Shown: in pieces, positions 11,838-23,600 of the stretch | Layout of the letters: each line of letters starts with the position of its first letter | How positions within the stretch are numbered: position 1 is the stretch's first letter | Assembly (NCBI GenBank): GCA_050273025.1 | Contig: CP158636.1 | Span: 2,356,001-2,420,000 of the forward strand | Direction of reading: 5' to 3' | Length of the DNA: 64,000 bases | DNA from: Cenococcum geophilum | Taxonomy: Eukaryota | Made by a program: the position numbers and the translations under genes | Notes under the pieces: model-generated | The model's database searches: none | What the model saw: only the letters and a program-made list of their open reading frames with translations | What the model was told of the DNA's origin: nothing

Positions 11838-14800
11838 TATAACGGAACCTTATAGCAAGAACTACGGTAGGTCCTATTATTGGGCTAAGTATGTAGGAAA
11901 TGCAAGTATAAAGTTAACAACGTAATAATAACTGGTGGAGTAGTTGCCTAATAGATTAACTCTAATTATATTCTGAAAATTACTATAAGGAAGGAACTAT
12001 CTAGGTAGAAACTAAGGGTCCTTAAATACACAACCGTACTCCTATAAAATCCTTCTTATACGTAATATATATATACTTTATCTACTCTATTACAGATTAT
12101 ACAGATCCTATAGATTATATAGATTACGTTACATAACCTTAGTTACTATTCCTCATTACATAACTCTATTAGCTCTATCCTAAACCGTGCCTAAATTAAC
12201 TAACTAGCTTCTTTTAACTCTTCTCTAAGTAGTTATAATATTATACTTAAAGTGTCTATAACACTATCTCCCTCCTCTTTATCTTTATCCTTAAAGATTT
12301 AAAATATCTCTAAGTCGTTTACTAGAGGTGTAATATCCGTCTAATTAATTTAGTTAATATTATTACTTATTATACCTAAAGCAATTTCTTCTTCCTTAAC
12401 TACTTATCGTGCTCGCACTATTACTGCAATATTGTCCCTTAGTGAGATTATACTATCTCTATGTTCTCGCTGTTTAAAAAAGGGGTTAGTTTATATTGCG
12501 TTAGCGAACCTATCTTTATAATAACCGTTCTCTTACTTAGAGTATACTAAAGCAAATATTCGTTCGTCCTATAACGTTCGCTCTATCTCTAATGCTAAAT
12601 ATACGTAACCTATTACTCTTAATAGTTGTCTAGTTCCCTAGTTAATTTATCTTAGGGTTTTATATTTAATCTACTACTACGTAGCTAGATAATAAACTGT
12701 TTATTACTCTTACGGAATTACGCCGTTCCTATAATGTAGAATAAGGGGCTGCCGATACTTAGTAACGGGCCCTTAAGTCTTATCTTATAGCGTCCACTTA
12801 GTTAATCCGTCTTAAGAAGGTGCGTAAAAAGGTCCGTTTTAAGGAGTAGAAACTTATAAAATAAGGTTTATAGGAACTTAGTAATAAAAAAACGGATTCT
12901 CTTTTAATAGAGAAGGAAATAGATCTAAGTAGTTTAGCAACTACTCTTCTTAGGTCCCCCTTAGGTGACTTATTCTTTAGTAATTCTTCTTTATTAATAC
13001 TGCCTAACCTAATTTCTTCTAATACTCCTGTACCTTTCCTATAGCATTCTTTAAATTCTTTAATAGCTCCTAGGTAGTTTTATTATAGCCTATCTACTTA
13101 ACCTTATACTATATTTTGTTATTAATATCCTTATAGCTAACGATCTTTAAAACTTGCTATTTATCTTCTTTTTATCCTCTATACGTGTCTACTTTATAAA
13201 CTAGTAGCTTAATATTTCCGTATACTAGCTTTAGCATTGCGATATACTATATAGGGTAGATCTTTATTCTAGCTAGTAGGTTTAACTTAAATATAACTAG
13301 TAAAATCCTCTACGTAATTTTAAAAGGTCCTAGTCTAACGTAGTCCAATTTCTTACTTAGTTATTAACTCTTAAAATTTTTGTGTAGTAGCTATACTTTA
13401 TCTCCCTCCTTAAGATCTGGTCCCTTAGATCTCTTAATATTATAGTACTTTTTTATTCTCTTTTATACCTTCTTTACTAACTCTATAAGGTCTATATAAA
13501 GATTTATTAACGTCTTTATTTTTTCTTTAGCTGTGCTATTTCTCTTCTTTACTTATTATAATAATAATAATATTCTTAGCTTATATCCGTAATTTGCCTT
13601 AAATAGTAATATACCTATTCCTTCTTAAGGTATTGCATTATATATAAACTATATAACTAGTAATAGCGATACCTAATTGTTTTATGCATAATTAATATAG
13701 TGCCTTAGATACTGCTCTAATGTCTAATTTAATCTTTCCGTTTAACTGTCTGTCTGCGGATAATATATAGTAGAAGTTACTGCTCTAACTCCTTATTCTG
13801 CTAAAAATACCTCCTAAAATACTGCTATAAATCTTAGATCTCTATCTGATATAATTTTACTTAGTGCTCTATATCTTACAAACACTTCTTTAATATAAAT
13901 TCTAGTAATATCTTTCGCTAAGATTTCTTCTATGCATGCTATAAAGTATCCCTACTTTATAAGCTTGTCTACTATTACTAAAATCGCGTTGTGATCTTAT
14001 CTAGTAATAGGGTCTCTTAACTTTAGTAACTTAATAATAAAGTCCCATAATATAACCTCCTATAGTTTCTTTAGTATTTTAATATGTTATAGCCCTCCAT
14101 ATAGCTTATGCCTTATTAGTTTATTTCTTTAATAATTTAGATATTCCCTTATTACTTTTCTTATAATATTCTAGATTTTATTAATAATATACTCTTCCTA
14201 GAGTCTTAATACTAAGCCTATAGCTCCGCTATATCCTTAAGTTAATCCCTTATAGAATTCTTCTATAAATTGCTCTGCTATGCTTCTTAGAATATACTTT
14301 ACTTCTCGGTTTTTATATATATCCGTCTATAAATCTTTTAGTTATACTTTTAGAATTCTTTATGCCTAAAAGCTCTCCAATGACTTATAAACTCCCTTTA
14401 GTTCCTCCTAAGTTGCTGCGATCTTTAGATAATTATACCTAATTAATCCGTCTATGTCTTTTCGCAATAAAGCCCCTAATAGCTTTTTTTTATTTTATAG
14501 TTTAGCCTTCTAACTTAGAGCATCTACTTATATGTTATCTATACCCTTAGTATACTAAATCTTAAAATAGTATTTTATAAGTATCTCTGCCTATCTAACC
14601 TGTCTTTAGTTAAGTTCCTTTATTATTAGGAATCCTATTAGGTTCTTATAATCTATTTTAATTATAAATGGTTTCTCTATACCTTATAAAAATGCTCTCT
14701 ATTTCTTTAATGCTATAACTATACCTAATAACTCCTTATTATAGATGTTATAGTTTAACTCTAGTGGTATTATCTTTTAACTATAGTATGCTACTAGGTG

Positions 14801-17800
14801 CTATCTATTTTGATATTTCTATATAAAGCACGCCCTTAGTATATAGTCTAATACATCTATTTCTATAACCGTCTCTAGTTTTAGTTAATAGATTTTAAGA
14901 ACTAGCTCCTAGGTAAACAATTCCTTAATCCTCTTAAATAATTCTTGCTACTCCTTTTCCTATACCTATAGTTCTTCTTTTTTTATTAGTCGCGTAAGTG
15001 GCTTAATATCCTTTAACTACTGCGCTATAAACCTTTTGTAGTAATTGCAAAACCCTAAGAATAATCTTAACTGCGTAATGTTCTCTAGTTCTTACCAATT
15101 CACTATAGCCTTAATCTTCTTTAAATCTATACTAAGTTAGCCTAGTTTAATAATAAATTCTACGAAATTAGTCTTCCTAGTAAAGAACTCGCATTTCTTA
15201 ATTACTACTAGCATTTGTTCTTCTTATAGTCTCTTTAAAACCCATTTAATATATTCTTTGTATTCTTCCTTAGTTATTAAGTAGATAATAATATCGTTAA
15301 GGTATACTATAATAAATTTATCCAAATATTCTCCTAATATATTATTAATACGCTTTTAGAATATTGCTAATACGTTTATAAGCCTAAATTGTATAACTAA
15401 TAGTTTATATAGTCCTTTCTTTAACCTAAAGGCTGCCTTTTATTTATCGCCTTCCTTAATCCAGATCTAATGGTACGCCTATCTTAAATCTATCTTTATA
15501 AAGATTTACGCGTTGCTTATCCTATCTTAGATTTCGCTAATTAAGGGTAAAGAATACCTATCCTTTCTAGTAATACTGTTTAACTATTTGTAGTTAATAT
15601 ATAACCTTAGTTTGCTATTTTTCTTTAGTACAAATAATACTAAATAACCCGTTAATAACTGTAATAGTCTAATATATCCCTTTTATAAATTTTCTTAGAT
15701 AAACTCTTTTAATACTCTACCTTTTTTTTTAGTAAGCTTGTAAATTAGAAAGAACTTTAGACTTATTTCTAGTTCTAACTCTATCTTATAGTCCTATACT
15801 ATATACTTTAACAGCTTTTTACTTTCTAGTGACTATAATTTCTTACCGTACTTATAGTATCTTTTTAGTATATAACTTAGTCCTTTTTCTATTTCTTTAT
15901 AGGTTACTCCTACTTAGTACTATACTAACTTAGCTTATTATTATATCTTGCGGCGTTAAGTATCTCTAATATTGACCTAACCTATAATCTAATTAATCCT
16001 TAGATTATATTCCTATAACTAAGGTATACCTAATACTACCTTATCCCTTCCTAATAGTAGGATATTAAAAGACATCTTAATTTATCTTTCTTTAATGGTT
16101 ATTTAAATAGGTCCTATTTTAAAATTAATAATCCCTCCTTTATAGGCTATTAGATCTCCTAAAATTATATCTAATAGATAAGGTTACTCCTTCTATCTAT
16201 AAGGTAAACCTATTCTCTTAACTACTACTAGTAAGATATAGTTTCTTATTACTCTACTATCTATTAGCGCCTTAAACTATTAATCTTGCCATTTTACTTA
16301 TAAATTTAGGTATTATTCTTAAATTCCTTTAAGGGTCTAAGGCTTTACTACTAGCTCCCTCTAGTCCTGTAGGCCTCTACTTTTCCTAACTATTAGCTGC
16401 TTAATCCTTATATACTTAGCTTACTCTTTAGCTAATACCTAGTTTACTTTTTGTCTTTAATATACTATAGATATATATTCTCTGGGCATTCCTACTACTA
16501 TTATCCGTCTAAGTATTCTTCTATAAGAAATCTTTCTAGTTAAAGTATTAAGTTACCTAACTCTTAAACTTCTATTAGATGCTAGCTGTGTATATACTTA
16601 GTATTCCTATATTATTACTTATTTATTATCTAATATATCCTTATAGGGTATTTCTAATTCTTTTCCTTTGGATTTTTGTATATTTTATATATATTATCTA
16701 TATATGCAATCTATAATAACGTATAGTATACTAGGTGCTTTAGGTTAACTTTTAGCTTATCTTTATCCTTAAGTTTAAACCTTTATTATACTAATCTAAA
16801 TATTATAACTTTATTTGCAGGTACTAAAATGCGTCTTTTACTTCTCTAGTCCTCTAATTATTCCTCTAGATCCTTTAATATTATAATTAAGGCTCCTTTA
16901 ATGTAATTTATAGCCTTTTCTATAATTAGGTAGTTTTAGATAACTTTTTCGTCTAACTATATATAGAAATCTTCCTACTTATTATTGTGCCTCTGCCTAT
17001 ACCACCTTTAGTATAGCTACTAGAGTATATACGGCTTGTCCGTAAGGAAGTATCTTCTTATTACTATATTATAACAGCCTTTTATATATTATTCCTTAAA
17101 TCTAGTTAAAATCCCTAAATCCTCTTCGTTTTCCAGTTTAGTAAGCCACTTAGCTCTTAGTATACCTACTCTAGGCCTATTAGTAATTCTTTATATTAGC
17201 GCTCTATCCTTTATACGTCCCATTATACTAAATCTCTTATTTAGTTTCTATTCTTACTATACAATAATTCTTTACCTAAACTCTTCTATAGTTTCTTTTA
17301 GTTTATGTCTTACGCTCTAATCCTTAAAGTTCTCTTACTTCTTAATCTTAGTATTAACTTTTCAATCTTTAGTCCGAATACTATATTCTACTAGTAAGTT
17401 CTCTAGGTCTATATTTCTATCTTTTAGTTTAGTTGCTATTTATATTATAAATTCTCTAATCTATAAAGAAGCTCCTTACTTCTTATCTATAGGTGTCCTA
17501 ATTCGTTCTCTAAACTTTTAATCCCTTAGATTCTTTAATCCTAAGCTTGCTTCTAACTTAAGCCTAGCTCTAGCCTTAGTCTAACTAGGCTTACTTAGTA
17601 TTCTTATCTCGTCTTAAAAGTCTTAAATCTTACTTATCTTGTCTTAAGAATCTTATATCTATAGGAAACTTCGTCCTAAGCTTATTCGTATATCTTTAAA
17701 CTAAGCTATTACTCTACTCTATTAGTTTTCGTCTGTTGTGGGTCCTTAAGCTTACCTTATCTTATCTTAAGAATCTTAGTCATCTCTTATCTTATCTTAA

Positions 17801-19810
17801 GAATCTTAAGCCTTTAGCCTTTTACCTTTATTAAGTGCTGAAGTGGTTTACTATCCTACTTCTCTTACGTCTTATAAAGTAATAGATATTATATCTAGCG
17901 GGGTCTTAATCCCTACTAATATTCCCTATTCTATAGTAGAATTATCCTCTACCTTTAATATAATATCTCTAATAGCTATATATTCCTAGTAAACCGCTTT
18001 TATTACCTTATTATTATAAAATATTTTACCTTTATTAAATTTATTGTCCTTAATATCCGATCTGTAAACTAGTTCGTTAGTTCCTTTATACTTCGCTAAA
18101 TATAGCTCCTATAGCCAATAGCTTACGCCATACTTAGCGTTCTTATAAATCCGGCATACGTTATTATAATAAAACGCGAAACTTTTAATTAAATATTTCT
18201 TTGTTCCTTGCAGTATATTATTATCCCTCTATATATATATATCGTCTACTATTAGTCTAGTTCCCTTTATTATATAGTACTTCTAACCATCTCTATAATC
18301 CCTTATAAAATGATCTTATTTTCCGCAATTTATATAAGCTCCCTTTTTAAACCATTTTTCTTATTATAGAGTCCGCCTAAACGTCTTCTACTGCTAAGAT
18401 CCCTAGTTTAGTCTCTGCTCCTTAGACCTTTAATTACTTAATCCTTATTCTCTAGGTTTCTATAGTTTCTTACTCTATCTCTTATAGGCTTTTTTAATAC
18501 CACTTAGATCTATTAGCTTTGCGCCATACTATAGTTTTTAACTTAGCTTTAGTCGCTACGTACTCTGCGCCTTATATAACTGTAGAACTTTATCCTAACT
18601 TTTCTTAGCCTATTCCCTTTAGTAGATCTAATTATTAATCTTAATCGCTTAATCTATTAGTTCCCTTAGGGTATCCATATCTTCTATTAGGATAATTACG
18701 TCCTAAACTTTAGCCTTAAGTCCCTATTTATACTATACTATAAGCGCCCTATTATTCCACTCTACTTATATTACTAATCTCTGGAACTGCGTTATATACT
18801 TAATTGCTAAGGTTTATTACGTAATATCTTAAAGTTTTCTTTCCGCCGTGGTTACTACCTCTAGGTCTCCAAATATTTATATAAGTTATTCCACAAATCC
18901 ATTCTAGCTTAAGAATATAAACCGTACCTTTTGGTTTGTAGTCGTTATTCTATTTACTTAGATTTCTATAAGGTAAGGCTTAAACTATTTAAGTACCCTT
19001 CCTGTTAAGAATAATCCTGCGTACGCTATTTAATCTATAGGTATTACCAGCTTAGCTCCCTCTTGCGCTACCTTAAAGTACATCTATATAAGGAATCCTT
19101 TAAGCTTTAATCTCTCTCCTAAGTATCTTTTAATTGATAGTAACTTAACCTTTACTGCGCCTATCCCGTTAATCCTATTTTCTAACGTTGCATTATTTTC
19201 TGTTAGCTAGTTAACTATCTCTTATAGTTGTCTAACTGTTATAGGTTGCTATAAGTTAGTGTCTGCTATACTAGTGTCGTTACCTAACCCTAATATAGTT
19301 GCTGCCGTTAATGGCGTTGTGGTAGCTGCTTTTAGTGGTATGTTATTTAACTTCTATATTAATACCGTAACTAGGTAGTAATTGTGTAACGGAACCTTGT
19401 AGCAAGAACTACGGTGGGTCCTATTATTAGGCTAGGTGTATAGGAAATACAAGTATAAAGTTAATAACGTAATAATAACTAGTGGAGTAGTTACCTAATA
19501 AATTAACTTTAATTATATTCTAAGAATTACTATAAGAAAGGAACTATCTAGGTAGGGACTAAGGGTTCTTAAATACACAACTATACTCCTATGAAATCCT
19601 TCTTATACGTAATGTATGTGTGCTTTATCTGCTCTGTTACGGATTATATAGATCCTATAGATTACACAGATCACGTCACGTGACCTTAGTTACCATTCCT
19701 CGTTATATAGCTCTATTGGCTCCATTTTGGACTATGCCTAAATTAAATAACTAGCTTCTTCCGACTCTTCTCTAAGTAGTCGTAATATCGTACTTAAAGT
19801 GTCCGTAACA
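11838..19810 (-). mobile_element. Full-length Ty3/Gypsy chromovirus copy B, RIP-inactivated
   Basis: 426-bp LTRs at 11838-12263 and 19385-19810. Perfect TSD ATAAC (11833-11837, 19811-19815). PPT adjacent to 12263. gag/PR/RT/RH/IN/chromodomain on the minus strand. Confidence 0.95.
12370..13050 (+). pseudogene. Antisense accessory ORF of copy B: Zn(II)2Cys6-like cluster, one intron (12601-12655), coiled coil
   Basis: From 12462: tgt-x2-tgt-x6-tat-x13-tac-x2-tat-x8-tat, reading TAT/TAC as RIP-mutated Cys codons. The frame continues after the putative intron to RLKKVRKKVRFKE. Homologous segments at 1-~440 (+) and ~27420-28050 (-). Boundaries approximate. Confidence 0.65.
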
Positions 19811-20633
19811 ATAACTATAGTACCTTATTAAATAGCTAGGATAGCTAAATAAGTATAATAAATAGAAATACGAGATAGAACTTAAAAATTATTAATAACT
19901 GCTAGATAAGTACCGTAAGCAGAATACCTTAGCCTTATAGCTAAAGCGCAGGCAAAAAATAAGCGCCGCTATTAAAATATAACCTATATTAAAGCGAAGT
20001 AAAGGATATCCTAAGGGATTAAAGAATAAGCAATAATTACTATAAGAACTATAGCCTTAATTTAGAAAGCACCCTTCCTAAACCTAGTCCGTCACTCTAT
20101 ACTAGCTAAGTAGATTATTTATATATTAGAGAATAGGCCCGTTTATAACTAGGGTTTATTTAACCGGAGTTTACAACCTACTAGTAACCCGTTAGTAGTA
20201 ACCTATACTAATAATTTATACTATTCTATGTATATGCTACGCAGATAACGCATAAGGCTAAAATAGAGGTTAGTGGTGGGTTTAATGGGTATATAGCCTT
20301 ACCATCCTAATCTAGCTGCATGTAAATAACCTATAACCTACCTATAAAGTATATACGGCGCTACGCCGGTATAGCGTAAGGCCAAAGCAGGGTTAGTAGC
20401 GGATTTAATAGGTATATAGCCTTACTATTTACGAATCTGGCTATATGCAAATAACCTATAACTTACCTATAAGGTACTAGCGACCTGCCTATATAAGTAA
20501 GCTTTAGAATATTTCTAGTCTACTAAATTTAGGCGACGGTATTAAGCTCTACTAGCTCTACCTATTAAATAAACTAATTAGGATTTTCTATACTAGGTAT
20601 ATAAAATCGCTACTAGCTTAGTTAAATGCGGGG

Positions 20634-23600
20634 TGTTACGGACGCTTTAAGTACAATATTATAACTACTTAGAGAAGAGACGGAAGAAGCTAGTTGGTTG
20701 ATTTAGGCACGGTCCAGGATGGAGCCGATAGAACTATATGACGAGGAATGGTAACCGAGGTTATATAATATGCTACGTATTAAATAAGAGGAACGAGGGG
20801 AACTTACGTACCTTACGTATAAGACGTATATTACGTATAAGAAGGATTTTATAGGAGTACGGTTGTGTATTTAAGGACCCTTAGTCCCTACCTAGATAGT
20901 TCCTTCCTTATAGTGATTCTTAGAATATAATTAGAGTTAATCTGTTGGGTAACCACTCTACTAGTTGTTATTACGTTATTGACTTTTATACTTATATTTC
21001 CTATATACCTAGCCCAATAACGAGCCTATTATAGTTCTTGCTATAAGGTTCTGTTACACAATCACTACCTAGTTATAGTATTAATATAAGAAGTCGAACA
21101 ACATACTACTAAAAGCAGCTACTATGACGCTATTAACGGCAGCAACTACTTTAAGGATAGGAGGTGATACTAGTATGGCAGATACTGACTTACAGCAACC
21201 TGTAACGGTTGGATAGCTATAGGAAATAGTTAACTAGCTAATAGCTAATAATATAGTATTGGAAGAAAGACTTAATGGAATAGGAGCAGCAAAGATTAAG
21301 CTACTATTAATTAAGAGATTTATAGGAGAAAGGTTAAAGCTTAAAGGATTCCTTATATAGATGCACTTTAAGGTCTTATAAGAGGGAGTAAAGTTACTTA
21401 TACCTGTGGATCGGATAGCCTACGCAGGACTATTCTTATTAGGAAAAGCACTTAAGTGGTTTAAACCTTACCTTATGGAGATATAGGTAAACGGAATGAC
21501 GACTACTAACTAAGACGTGCGATTTATATTCTTAAGTTGGGAAGGATTTACAGAATAACTTACGCAGATATTTAGAGACCTGGAAGAAACAACTATAGTG
21601 AAAAGAAAACTCCAGAACCTTATGCAATAAACTTTAGTAATTAAGTATATAATATAGTTCCAGACACTAGTAATATAAGTAGAGTGGAATAATAGGGCGC
21701 TTATAGTACAGTATAAATAGGGACTTAAGGCTAAAGTCTAGGATGTAATTATTCTAATGGAAGATGCGGATACCCTAAGGGAACTAATAGATTAGGCGAT
21801 TAAGATTAATAATTGGATCTACTAAAGGGAATAGGCTAAGAGAGGCTAGGATAGAGTTTTATAGTTATATAAGGCGCAAAGTACGCAACGATAAAAGCTA
21901 AGTTAGAAACTATGGTATGGCGTAGAGCTAATAGACCTAAGTAGTACTAAAGAAGCCTATAAGAGATGGAGTAAACTATGGAAACCTAGAGGATAAGGAT
22001 TAAGTGATTAAAGGTTTAAGGAGCAAAGGCCGAATTAGGGATCTTAATAGTAGAAGATATTCAGGTGAACTCTATAGTAAGAGAAATAGTTTAAAAAAGG
22101 AGCTTACATAAATTGCGGAAAATAGGGTTATTATATTAGAGACTATAGAAGTGGGCAGAGTCACTATATAGTAAAAGGTACGAGACTAGCAGACGATATA
22201 TATATATAAAGGGATGATAATATACTGCGAGGAACAAAAGAATGTTTAATTAGAAGTTTTGCGTTTTATTATAATAACGTATGCCAAATTTATAAGGACG
22301 CTAAGTATGGCGTAAGCTATTAGCTATAAGAGCTAGCACTTATAGGATATAGAGGAATTAATAAACTAGTTTGCAGATTGGATATTAAGGATAATAAATT
22401 TAACCTAGGCGAAATATTCCGTAATAATAAGGTAATAAGGGCCGCTTACTAGGAGCGAGTAGACCTTAGAGATGTTATACTAGAGGTAGAGGATAATTCC
22501 ACTATAGAATAGGGAATATTAGTAGGGATCAAAACCCTATTAGATACGATGTCTATCGCTTTATAAGACGTAAGAGAAGTAGGATAGCGAACCACTTTAG
22601 TACTTAATAAAGGCAAAAGGCTAAAGGCTTAAGATTCTTAGGACGAGATAAGAGACGACTAAGATTTTTAAGACGAGATAAGGTATACCTAAGGACCTAT
22701 AATGGACGAAAACCGATAAAGCAGGGTAGTAGCTTAGTTTAGAAATATATAAATGAGCTTGGGATAGAGTTTCCTACAGGCACAAGACTTTTAAGACGAG
22801 ATAAGTGGGATTTAAGAATCTTAAGACGAGATAAGAATACTATAGATGCCTAGTTAGACTAAGGCGGGAGCCAAGCTTAAGTTAGAAGTAAGCTTAGGAT
22901 TAAAGAATCTAAGGGACTAAGATTTTGGGATATAAATAAGGATACCTATAGATAAGAGGTAAGGAGCTTCTTTATAGATTAGAGAATCTGCAATATAAAT
23001 AGCAGTTAGACTAGGAAACAGATATATAGACCTAGAAGACTTACTAGGGGAATATAGTGTTTAGCCTAAAGATTAAAAGTTCGATACTAAGATTAAGAAG
23101 TAAGATAACTTTAAGGATTAGAGCGTAAGGCGTAAACTAAAAGAAACTATAGAAGAGTTTAGGTAAAGAATTATTGTATAGCAAGAATAGAAACTAGATA
23201 AGAGATCTAGTATATTGGGACGTATAAAGGATAGAGTACTAGTATAAAGAATTACTAATAGGCCGAGAGTAGGTATATTAAGAGCTAAGTGGCTTACCGA
23301 ACTGGAAAATGAAGAGAATTTAAGAATTCTAACTAGGTTCGAAGAACGATATATAAAAGGCTATTATAATGTAGTAATAAGAAGATATTTCCTTACGGAC
23401 AGACCGTATATACTTTAGTAGCTGTACTAAAAGTAGTATAGGCAAAGGCACAATAATAAGTGGGAAGATTTCTATATATAGTTGGATGAAAAAGTTATCT
23501 AGGACTACCCGATTATAGAAAAGGCCATAACGCATATTAAAGGAGCCTTAATTATAACGTTAAAGGATCTAGAGGAACGTTTAGAGGACTAAAGAAGTGA

